DNA from: a bacterium
GTDB lineage: Bacteria > UBP7 > UBA6624 > JBBIMK01
DNA length: 32,000 nt
Assembly (NCBI GenBank): GCA_037444445.1
Contig: JBBIMK010000008.1
Location: 1 to 32,000, forward strand
Direction of reading: 5' to 3'
Below are positions 22,946 to 30,978 of the stretch, piece after piece. A program made the position numbers and the translations under genes. Below the pieces are notes generated by a model. It was not told the DNA's origin, searched no databases, and saw only the letters and a list, made by a program, of their open reading frames with translations. Numbering within the stretch: the first letter of the stretch is position 1; every line of letters begins with the position of its first letter.

Positions 22946-23671
22946 TCAAACCCTGGAAGTGGACCTCAAGAGGATGGCTTTTTTTACTTCTGCAATGGCT
23001 CTGGTAATGTGAATCTCTCTGGGGCAGGCATCCACGCAGTTGTAAATCGTCCGGCATCGCCAGACACCATCCCGTTCTGCGAGAATGGAGAGGCGTTCTT
23101 CTCCACCCCGGTCGCGACTGTCAAAGATGAATCGGTGTGCTTGCACGATGGCTGCTGGTCCCACATAATCAGGATTACTCCAGAAGGAAGGGCAAGAAGT
23201 GGTGCAGGCACCGCAAAGGATGCATTTGGTAGTGTCATCAAACCGTGCTCGCTCTTCCGGGGTCTGCAACCGCTCTCGCTCCGGCTCTGGCTCATTATTC
23301 ACCAGATAGGGCTTGATAGACCGATATTTCCTGAAAAAGTCATCCATATCCACGATCAAGTCTTTCAGAATTGAAAAGCCCCGCATGGGTTCAATAATGA
23401 TGGGCTGACGAAGATTCTGAATAAGAACCTTGCAAGCCAGGTGATTACGCCCGTTGATACACATAGCATCGGACCCACAAATACCGTGAGCACAGGAACG
23501 ACGATAAGAAAGCGTGCCGTCCTGGAACCACTTGATGGTATTCAATACATCCAATAGCCGGTCTGTAGGCTCCGCTTCCACCTGAAATGTCTGAAAATAG
23601 GGGCATCGGTCCTTCTCCGGGTCGTATCTCAAAATTTTACACTCCACTTTCATCTTGCCAATCACCGCCAT
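22946..23671 (-). CDS. sdhB: Succinate dehydrogenase / fumarate reductase iron-sulfur subunit
   Basis: 241 aa with three cluster motifs: SCAHGICGSDAMCINGRNHLAC (2Fe-2S), CILCGACTTSCP (4Fe-4S) and CRTIYNCVDACP (3Fe-4S). Confidence 0.93.
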   Translation of the reverse strand: MAVIGKMKVECKILRYDPEKDRCPYFQTFQVEAEPTDRLLDVLNTIKWFQDGTLSYRRSCAHGICGSDAMCINGRNHLACKVLIQNLRQPIIIEPMRGFSILKDLIVDMDDFFRKYRSIKPYLVNNEPEPERERLQTPEERARFDDTTKCILCGACTTSCPSFWSNPDYVGPAAIVQAHRFIFDSRDRGGEERLSILAERDGVWRCRTIYNCVDACPREIHITRAIAEVKKAILLRSTSRV

Positions 23672-23710
23672 TATATTACTCCATTTTTCAAATTTTGTCC
23701 CCCATCCAAA

Positions 23711-24871
23711 TCATACTTTCGTGAAGTCCAATGACTTGCTCGCCCGTGGCTGTATAGTATTCAACGCTTCTATAATGGGATGGTTGGCGGCAGGGAATGC
23801 ATACCGGGATAAGGCTGAAGGATGAACCCATTTGAAGTCCATGCACCCGAGAGCCTTCGGATTGCCGGAGAGAAAGTCGCAGTGATAAACATGAAGGGTA
23901 ATACGAAAATGGGAGTAAGTATGTGGAATGGTGAAGAGAGGTTTTCTCACGGCAATCTGGATGCCCAGTTCCTCCTGTATCTCACGCTGGAGGCATACCT
24001 CCATAGATTCTCCCGGCTCTTTTTTGCCACCCGGAAATTCCCATAATCCGCCGAGTAACCCGTTCAGTGGCCTCCGGGCAATCAGCACTCTGCCCTTTTT
24101 CCAAATTACGCCTGCAGAGACATCATAATGGGGTAAAACCTTCGTCCTGAGTTTCAAGGGCAAAGAATTCTCCAATCCTTCCGCTCTCGCACGGCAAAAC
24201 GGCTCCACGGGGCAGGATAGGCATAGAGGGTTTCTGGGGGTGCAAATCGTGGCGCCGAGTTCTATCATCGCCTGGTTGAATGCTCCTGGATTCTTTTGCG
24301 GTAGCAAGCCAGAAGCGATTTCAAAGAGAGTCTTTTGAATTTTAGAGGCGGGCTGTGAAAATGCCCATAGTCGGATAAGAACACGCTTCACATTACCATC
24401 CAGAACGGGGTAAGGCTTTTGAAAAGCCATGGAAAACACGGCTCCCGCCGTGGACCTGCCTACACCTGGCAGGGACTGAAAGGCATCAAAATCCTCCGGG
24501 AACCCTCCTCCATAGTTTTTCCAGATGCGACGAGCAGAAGTGTGAAGGTGCCTTGCCCGAGCATAATATCCCAGCCCCTCCCACGCCTTCAACACCTGAC
24601 TGAGGGGTGCTCTCGCCAGATGTTCCACCGTGGGGAACTCTTTCATAAACCGCTCATAATAAGGAATCACCGTTTCCACTCTTGTCTGCTGGAGCATCAC
24701 TTCCGAAACCCAGATAGCGTAAGGGTCATTTTTTTTCCGCCAGGGCAAATCCCGGCGATTTTTCTGAAACCATTTTATCAGACGCCTCTGAAATTCCCTC
24801 AGGTTAACTCCGAAAAAAATGGCGTGGTTTTGCCAATGATGAAAACCTCTCGTCCGCATCCTCGCCCTCAT
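23711..24871 (-). CDS. mutY: A/G-specific adenine DNA glycosylase
   Basis: 386 aa. RRDLPWRKKNDPYAIWVSEVMLQQTRVETVIPYYERF is the helix-hairpin-helix region. The 4Fe-4S Cys motif is C..C..C..C (CTPRNPLCLSCPVEPFC). A C-terminal NUDIX-like domain is present (GGLWEFPGGKKEPGES). Confidence 0.93.
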   Translation of the reverse strand: MRARMRTRGFHHWQNHAIFFGVNLREFQRRLIKWFQKNRRDLPWRKKNDPYAIWVSEVMLQQTRVETVIPYYERFMKEFPTVEHLARAPLSQVLKAWEGLGYYARARHLHTSARRIWKNYGGGFPEDFDAFQSLPGVGRSTAGAVFSMAFQKPYPVLDGNVKRVLIRLWAFSQPASKIQKTLFEIASGLLPQKNPGAFNQAMIELGATICTPRNPLCLSCPVEPFCRARAEGLENSLPLKLRTKVLPHYDVSAGVIWKKGRVLIARRPLNGLLGGLWEFPGGKKEPGESMEVCLQREIQEELGIQIAVRKPLFTIPHTYSHFRITLHVYHCDFLSGNPKALGCMDFKWVHPSALSRYAFPAANHPIIEALNTIQPRASKSLDFTKV

Positions 24872-24964
24872 CTTACCATATCTCTTTACGCTTATTCTCT
24901 ATTCCATATTTACCATTTACAATGGAGATGTGGAAGGAAAAGAGCATCTCATCTAACTGACTCA

Positions 24965-25573
24965 ATGATGAGGAAAGAAAAAGCATTTTATCTTGGAGTG
25001 GATTTAGCAGGGTCGGAAAAGCGGAAAACAGGTGTGTGCCTGCTCAGTGAGCAGTTAGAGGGGAAAACCTGGACGGTTTATACGGATGAAGAATTGCTGA
25101 GAAAAATGAAAGGGTTTCAACGAAAAGTGAAAATCATTGCCATAGACGCTCCGCTTTCCTTGCCACCGGGTCGGAAGGACATAAACCAGGAAAATTTACA
25201 GCATTACCGTCGGTGCGATTTGGAACTCCGAAGGCTGGGAATTAAATTTTTCCCCATTACTTTAGGGCCGATGCGACAATTGACTGAAAGGGGAATGGGG
25301 TTGAAAGAGAAACTGAGGAAAGATTATCAGGTCATTGAAACCTATCCTGGCGGGAGTGCGGATGTATTGGGCTTGCCCCGCTCAAAAAATGTAAAGGGTC
25401 TTGTCAGAGGGCTCCAGAAGATGGGTGTAAAAATGGGGAGGGGAAGGCTGAGCCGGGATGAACTGGATGCGATTCTCTGCGCACTTGCGGCGAAGGCTTA
25501 TGCAGAAGGCAGCGCCATCGTCCTCGGCGATTCCGATGAAGGGGAAATCATCTTAGCCCGATTTCTTTCATAA
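24965..25573 (+). CDS. DUF429 family (RNase H-like fold) protein
   Basis: 202 aa starting at ATG 24965. FYLGVDLAGSEKRKTGVCLL, IIAIDAPLSLP and DELDAILCALAA match the DUF429 pattern. The track's 384-aa ORF (from 24419) has a 182-codon extension antisense to mutY, which I reject. Confidence 0.7.
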   Translation: MMRKEKAFYLGVDLAGSEKRKTGVCLLSEQLEGKTWTVYTDEELLRKMKGFQRKVKIIAIDAPLSLPPGRKDINQENLQHYRRCDLELRRLGIKFFPITLGPMRQLTERGMGLKEKLRKDYQVIETYPGGSADVLGLPRSKNVKGLVRGLQKMGVKMGRGRLSRDELDAILCALAAKAYAEGSAIVLGDSDEGEIILARFLS

Positions 25574-25665
25574 GGCGAAGCAACGAAGAAACTTTCCCGC
25601 ACCATAAGTAAAACGCATACCACTCTGTGAGCCCCCCCCGTTCTATAATATGATTGGGAACAGAA

Positions 25666-26874
25666 ATGGATTGGAGAACACAAAAACGGAAGGTCCTGGA
25701 GGATGAGGTGGAAGCATTCATATTGCAGAGTGTAGATTGGGGATTGGAAGAGAGGCGATTGGAAGATTTTAACAGGCTGGCGATGAAGGTGTTTGAATTT
25801 CAGTATTCAGCAAATCCTGAGTATCAGGCATATTGTAAGAAACGGGGGAAAACCCCGGAGCGGGTGAGGGATTGGAAGGAGATTCCGGCTGTTCCTGTGG
25901 AAGCGTTCAAGGAAACGGCGGTGGTATGCGGACCTTTAGAGGATGCTGTGCAGGTTTTCCGAACCAGTGGAACTACCCGGGGCTCAACCCGGCGGGGCAT
26001 CCATTATCTCTTTACCACGCGGCTCTACGATGTTTCCCTCCTCACCCATTTCAAACGCGCGTTATTACCGGATAGAAATAAGATGCTTATGGGGATTCTC
26101 ACCCCGTCGCCGGAACTGATGCCTGATTCATCCCTCTTTTATATGATGGGGAAGGTGAAAGAGGTTTTTGGAGCAGAGGGAAGCCAATTCTTTCTATCGG
26201 AAAGGGGATTTCTGTTGGGAGAATTCTTAAAATGGCTGGAAAAAGTAAAGAAATCAGGCGAACCAGTGTTTCTCTTAGGAACCACAATGGCGTTTGTGCA
26301 TGTGCGGGATGAAATGGAAAAGAAAGAAATCCGGTTTCGTCTTCCGCCGGGAAGCCGGGTGATGGACACCGGAGGACATAAGGGGAAAGGGAGAGGGGTT
26401 ACACGGAATGAGGTTCTCCATCTTTTTGATGAATACTTTGGCATATCCCCTGAGTTTGTTGTGAACGAATACGGAATGACGGAAATGGGAACGCAGTATT
26501 ATGACGCCTATCTGGGGAGAGAGGAGGAAAAAGGGGAAAGAAGAATGGAGGGAAGTGAGGAAGATGAGGGGAAAATTTCGCATGGTAAATTCCGCATTCC
26601 TCCCTGGGCACGGGTGCGAATTCTTGACCCGTTAAGTTTAAAGGAATTGCCACCCGGAGAAACGGGAGTGCTTCAGCATCTGGATTTAACCAATGTGGGC
26701 TCGGCTATTTCTCTTCTCACGGAGGACGCAGGATATAGGGTGGCCAATGGATTCATTCTGTCAGGCAGACCAAAAGGTTCAGAGGCTCGCGGATGCTCCA
26801 TTGCTGCCGATGAATTCCTGCGCCAGCGACGAACCTCTACTGAACTTACACAAAGACAGGGTGCAAAAGAATAG
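25666..26874 (+). CDS. LuxE-like acyl-protein synthetase (adenylate-forming enzyme)
   Basis: FEFQYSANPEYQAYCKKRG...WKEIPAVPVEAFK and FRTSGTTRGS (TSGTT at 25963-25977) are typical of the LuxE family. ATG 25666 is preferred over the track's TTG 25654. It carries a Glu-rich insertion (EEEKGERRMEGSEEDEGK, about 26512-26592). Confidence 0.75.
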   Translation: MDWRTQKRKVLEDEVEAFILQSVDWGLEERRLEDFNRLAMKVFEFQYSANPEYQAYCKKRGKTPERVRDWKEIPAVPVEAFKETAVVCGPLEDAVQVFRTSGTTRGSTRRGIHYLFTTRLYDVSLLTHFKRALLPDRNKMLMGILTPSPELMPDSSLFYMMGKVKEVFGAEGSQFFLSERGFLLGEFLKWLEKVKKSGEPVFLLGTTMAFVHVRDEMEKKEIRFRLPPGSRVMDTGGHKGKGRGVTRNEVLHLFDEYFGISPEFVVNEYGMTEMGTQYYDAYLGREEEKGERRMEGSEEDEGKISHGKFRIPPWARVRILDPLSLKELPPGETGVLQHLDLTNVGSAISLLTEDAGYRVANGFILSGRPKGSEARGCSIAADEFLRQRRTSTELTQRQGAKE

Positions 26875-26895
26875 ATTCCCTTCCACTCATCAACA

Positions 26896-28209
26896 ATGAC
26901 GGAAATAACCACGAGAGAATGGATTCAAAAAACCGTGCAAGAATTAAAATTAGCGCGCCAGGAATTATTGATGAAGCCAGTTCGGGAGATTGTGTATAGA
27001 TTAGGTCAGGTAGCCCAAAACTGGCTGAACCCCAAAGACCCTATTCGTAAAGAAGCGGAATCATCCCTTACAGATGCCACAGGTTATTCGCGGGCAATGA
27101 TTCAACGAGCATTAGAGGAGACCTTTCAGAGATTGCGTAAAGAGGCGCTACTCCGGCTCTTACGCAATGAGTTAGGTGGGCGAATGAAGGTTCTGGACAG
27201 GTTTACTCTTTACGATAAAAAACAGAAAACCATCCGTGCACGGGCCTCTGGACACGATGTGATTCTTCACCTGCTATCCGGTAATATACCCGGCATCGGC
27301 ATCCCCTCCATCGTCTACGGACTTTTAACGAAATCCGGAAATCTGGTGAAAGTGGCTTCAGAAGAACCCTTTCTCGCAAGGCTTTTTGCAAGAAGTGTGG
27401 AGAAAGTGGATGAAACTCTGGGCAAATGTATATCCGTGGCTTATTGGAAAGGAGGAGAAAGAGAAATAGAGGACACAGCATTTGCTTCTGTCTCCCTTGT
27501 GGTGGCAACAGGAAGCGATGAGACGCTTTCGGACATTCAGAAGCGTATTCCTTATCCCGTTCGCTTCATTCCGTATGGGCACAAAATCAGTTTTGGGATT
27601 ATCGGAAAAGTAGCCCTCACTTTGAATGCGCGTACTCTGCTCTACGAACGAGCGGCGCTGGATGTAGCGGTATATGACCAGCAGGGCTGCCTTTCTCCCC
27701 ATATGTTCTTTGTGCAAGAGGGGGGTAAGAAAACGCCCAGAGAATTTGCAATCCAACTGTTAGAAGCCCTTGGCGACATGGAGAATACTTTACCGCCCCG
27801 CTTTCTTTCCTTAGATGAAAAACTGAACATTCGTTCTTTCCTCTCTCGCTATGAGTTTCATCCGAATGCAGAAATCTTTCAAAGCCCTTCTGGAAGGAGT
27901 GTGGTCATTTTCCTTCCTGAATCTCGCCTGCCTCTTTCATGCCTGAATCGCGTGATTTTCGTGGTTCCATTTTCGGGAATCTCGCAGGTGTTAGAAACCA
28001 TCTCTGGATATGTGGGTAAAATTTCCACTGTCAGCGTAGCCGTGACACGAAAGCAATTGAAGGCATTGATGGAACCCTTACATCGGCTGGGGGTAAGCCG
28101 GATTTGTCCTGTAGGCTGGATGCAACTTCCTTCGGCGGTGTGGCATCGCGACAACCGACCGGTCCTTTCCGATTTCCTGCTCTGGACTGACTGGGAGTAT
28201 GACCGATAG
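26896..28209 (+). CDS. LuxC-like acyl-CoA (fatty acyl) reductase
   Basis: 437 aa. LSGNIPGIGIPSIVYGLLTKSGNLVKV and YDQQGCLSPH (candidate catalytic Cys codon 27688-27690) match the LuxC / aldehyde-dehydrogenase-like layout. It starts 21 nt after the LuxE-like gene. Confidence 0.75.
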   Translation: MTEITTREWIQKTVQELKLARQELLMKPVREIVYRLGQVAQNWLNPKDPIRKEAESSLTDATGYSRAMIQRALEETFQRLRKEALLRLLRNELGGRMKVLDRFTLYDKKQKTIRARASGHDVILHLLSGNIPGIGIPSIVYGLLTKSGNLVKVASEEPFLARLFARSVEKVDETLGKCISVAYWKGGEREIEDTAFASVSLVVATGSDETLSDIQKRIPYPVRFIPYGHKISFGIIGKVALTLNARTLLYERAALDVAVYDQQGCLSPHMFFVQEGGKKTPREFAIQLLEALGDMENTLPPRFLSLDEKLNIRSFLSRYEFHPNAEIFQSPSGRSVVIFLPESRLPLSCLNRVIFVVPFSGISQVLETISGYVGKISTVSVAVTRKQLKALMEPLHRLGVSRICPVGWMQLPSAVWHRDNRPVLSDFLLWTDWEYDR

Positions 28210-28305
28210 TGGTAAGTGAGGGTTCACCTTGCGGAAGCATAAAGAATAAACCCTTTATTTCCGTTTTTTCTTCCTGACCTTCCATTCCACTTTCAGATTC
28301 AGCAT

Positions 28306-29382
28306 TCATCCACTCTGCGACAGGATGCGTTCTCTCAGAGTTTTCATCACCTGACGATAGAAATGAAGGTTGTGCAGGGTGAGCAACTGGCACGCGAGAA
28401 TTTCGTGAGAGGTCACGAGGTGGTGAAGATAACTCCGGGTGAAGGTGGTGCAGGCATAGCAGGAACACAGGGGGTCAAGAGGGCTGACATCCAGGCTGAA
28501 TCTTGACTGCTTCAAATTCAGACGCCCTTCAGAGGTGAAAGCAGCGCCATGGCGACCCAATCGGGTGGGAAGAACACAGTCAAACAGGTCTACGCCCGCT
28601 TTCACTGCCTCTTGTATATCTTCCGGTGTTCCTACTCCCATCAGGTATCGCGGTTTTTCCATCGGGAGGTGAGGGACAAGTTCCTGAAGTAGAGAGCGCC
28701 TTTGTTCTCTGGGCTCTCCTACGGATAGCCCACCCACTGCATATCCCTGGAGATGTCCATCCAGTTTCTGAGTTCGCTCTGAAGATTCCAGGCGATGTTT
28801 TATCGTGAAACCTCCTTGCACGATTCCAAACAGGGCTTGTGCGGAGGGTATCCTCATAGAGCGGACAGAACGAACCAACCACTCATAGGTTCGTAGAAGG
28901 CAAGCCCGTTCTTCAGCCCCTGATGCGGGGTAAAATGCCGGGTGGTCTAAAGGCATCATTACATCCGAATTACAGGCTTGCTGAAATTCAATCACTTTCT
29001 CCGGGGTGAGGAAATGTAAAGAGCCATTGATATGAGAGCGGAACTCCACGCCCTCATCCGTAACCTTTCTCAAGCGGGAGAGAGAGAGAACCTGAAATCC
29101 ACCGGAATCTGTCAAGATAGGTCCATCCCATCCTAAAAACCTGTGCAGAGTGCCTGCCCGGCGAATTCCTTCCTCACCGGGCTTCAGGTAAAGATGGTAG
29201 GTATTTCCTAAAATCATCGTATAATGGAGGTCTTTCAAATCTCGTGGCAGGATGGCTTTCACCGTTCCATAGGTGCCGACGGGGAGGAAGGCAGGCGTCT
29301 CCACATCCCCGTGGGGAGTATGCAGGACTCCCGCCCTACCCTGTTCATTCCGAGCCACAATCGTAAAAAAGGGGGTCCGCAT
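28306..29382 (-). CDS. tgt: tRNA-guanine transglycosylase (queuine tRNA-ribosyltransferase)
   Basis: 358 aa with TPAFLPVGTYGTVK, ILGNTYHL, LTDSGGFQV and the Zn motif CSCYAC...H. A strong AAGGAG lies upstream of the ATG. Confidence 0.95.
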   Translation of the reverse strand: MRTPFFTIVARNEQGRAGVLHTPHGDVETPAFLPVGTYGTVKAILPRDLKDLHYTMILGNTYHLYLKPGEEGIRRAGTLHRFLGWDGPILTDSGGFQVLSLSRLRKVTDEGVEFRSHINGSLHFLTPEKVIEFQQACNSDVMMPLDHPAFYPASGAEERACLLRTYEWLVRSVRSMRIPSAQALFGIVQGGFTIKHRLESSERTQKLDGHLQGYAVGGLSVGEPREQRRSLLQELVPHLPMEKPRYLMGVGTPEDIQEAVKAGVDLFDCVLPTRLGRHGAAFTSEGRLNLKQSRFSLDVSPLDPLCSCYACTTFTRSYLHHLVTSHEILACQLLTLHNLHFYRQVMKTLRERILSQSG

Positions 29383-29453
29383 CCTTCTCCTTCCACAATT
29401 CTACCGCACTCACGATGAGAGATGTGCTCTGGTTTTCGGTCATCAGTCTATGG

Positions 29454-29675
29454 TCATTGATTGGCGAGGCGTGAGTTGATTTCCTCCTGGAGTTGATAGG
29501 CTGGAGGGGCCTCCGCTCGATTATCCCTGAGTTGCTCAAATTTCTTCGCATTCCTTTCATAGGCTTTCAGCAGGCTGTTCTTGAAGAACTGGGAAAGATA
29601 AACAGACAGGATTAACACGAGGATGAGGAAGAAGAGATGAACCAACCAGGAGAAGTTTTTTTTATGAGTCGCCAT
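29454..29675 (-). CDS. Possible small single-TM protein (73 aa)
   Basis: It fills the 280-nt gap between folC and tgt. One TM segment (WLVHLFFLILVLILSVYL) is followed by a charged helical tail. Its ATG lies inside the last folC codons, and there is no Shine-Dalgarno sequence. Confidence 0.4.
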   Translation of the reverse strand: MATHKKNFSWLVHLFFLILVLILSVYLSQFFKNSLLKAYERNAKKFEQLRDNRAEAPPAYQLQEEINSRLANQ

Positions 29676-30978
29676 AGGGAGGGAGCCAGGGCAGGTTTAA
29701 GAGATAGCGAGCGGCGCCCACAAGATATAACGAGCCGGTAATGCACCAAACATCTCCCGGGGATGACGAGTGAGGAGTTTGAGCAATTTGAAGGCTCTCG
29801 GTTAGAGGAACGACACGGTTAGGAATGCGGGTATTTTTGGCCAAAACCTGTGGAGAAAGGGGATGGATGGCTTCCGGCACCTCTACGAAGAGAAATTCCT
29901 GAGCGATTCGCTCCAGCGCTCTCAAGATGCCACGATAGTCTTTCGTCGCCTGAATGCCCACGATGAAATGATAGCGGGAATCGGGGAATAAAGATTTCAG
30001 TGAGCGAACGAGAGCGCGGGCAGAGTAAGGGTTGTGAGCCCCGTCCAGCACGAGATAGGAATCCTCTGCAGGGTATACTCCTGCCTGGGGGACTCGGATG
30101 ATTTCCATTCTACCAGGCCAGAATACAGTCTCAAAACCCTTCAGGACTGCGGGTGGAATCCTGCCTATCAGCACCTCTAACACTCGCAGGGCAGTGCTGA
30201 CATTCTCCTTTTGAAAATCGCCATGCATGCGAATCGTTACAGGGAAGGAAGAATCACCATAATAGCGGAATGTTTGCCCATTTTCAGTTCGACGAGGATT
30301 GCCTGTGTGGTAATTTTTTCCATACAGGTGGAGGTCAGTGAAAGATACACGGGCTTGTAAAATAGGCAGGAGGGATTTCCGCTGGCGGGAAGAAACAAAA
30401 GGTGTCCCCGGACGATGGATGGCCATCTTTTCACACAAGATTTTCTGGAGGGTGTTTCCCAGGAGGTCTGTGTGGTCTCTGGAGATGGATGTCAGGACAT
30501 TCACGATGCGAGGAAGGGCATTGGTAGCATCTAATCGTCCACCCAATCCTACTTCCCAAACTGCAAAATCCACCTGCATTTTTTGAAAGTACCGCGCTGC
30601 CATCACGGTGAGCATTTCAAAAAAAGATAATGGAGGAAGAGTTCTCTTCGTCCACATTTTCTCGTAAGTTTTTAGTTCTTCTTCCAGAAAAGAAGGGGGA
30701 ACCTTCTTCCCATTCACGAGGATTCGTTCTCCCACATCCACCAAATGGGGTGAGGTATAAAGGCCCACGGAATATCCGAGGGCGGACAATCCAGCGGCAA
30801 TGAACACAGCGGTAGAACCTTTTCCTTTCGTGCCTGCCACCAGAATTCCTTTATAACTCTTCTCCGGATGCTGAAAAAGACGCAAGGCTTTCTCCACGCG
30901 TTCCAGGCCGGGCTGAATTTTCCCTATGGAGGCTATGGCGTTTAGACGGTCTTGAATCTCTTTATAAGGGGAATTCAC
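29662..30978 (-). CDS. folC: Bifunctional folylpolyglutamate synthase / dihydrofolate synthase
   Basis: VAGTKGKGSTA P-loop, YTSPHLVDVGERI and a Mur-ligase-type layout. Preferred start is GTG 30978, which overlaps the valS stop (GTGA). The track's ATG 31056 would overlap valS by about 80 nt. Confidence 0.9.
   Translation of the reverse strand: MNSPYKEIQDRLNAIASIGKIQPGLERVEKALRLFQHPEKSYKGILVAGTKGKGSTAVFIAAGLSALGYSVGLYTSPHLVDVGERILVNGKKVPPSFLEEELKTYEKMWTKRTLPPLSFFEMLTVMAARYFQKMQVDFAVWEVGLGGRLDATNALPRIVNVLTSISRDHTDLLGNTLQKILCEKMAIHRPGTPFVSSRQRKSLLPILQARVSFTDLHLYGKNYHTGNPRRTENGQTFRYYGDSSFPVTIRMHGDFQKENVSTALRVLEVLIGRIPPAVLKGFETVFWPGRMEIIRVPQAGVYPAEDSYLVLDGAHNPYSARALVRSLKSLFPDSRYHFIVGIQATKDYRGILRALERIAQEFLFVEVPEAIHPLSPQVLAKNTRIPNRVVPLTESLQIAQTPHSSSPGDVWCITGSLYLVGAARYLLNLPWLPPYGDS

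Noticed and set aside
24419-24964. The N-terminal 182 codons of the 384-aa track ORF (24419..25573).
   Set aside because: It is antisense to the well-supported mutY gene. The DUF429-like sequence only begins at MMRKEKAFYLGVDLAG (ATG 24965).
25666-28209. Bioluminescence (lux) operon.
   Set aside because: Only LuxE-like and LuxC-like genes are present. There are no luciferase (luxAB) or acyltransferase (luxD) ORFs in the window, and the downstream gene is the convergent tgt.
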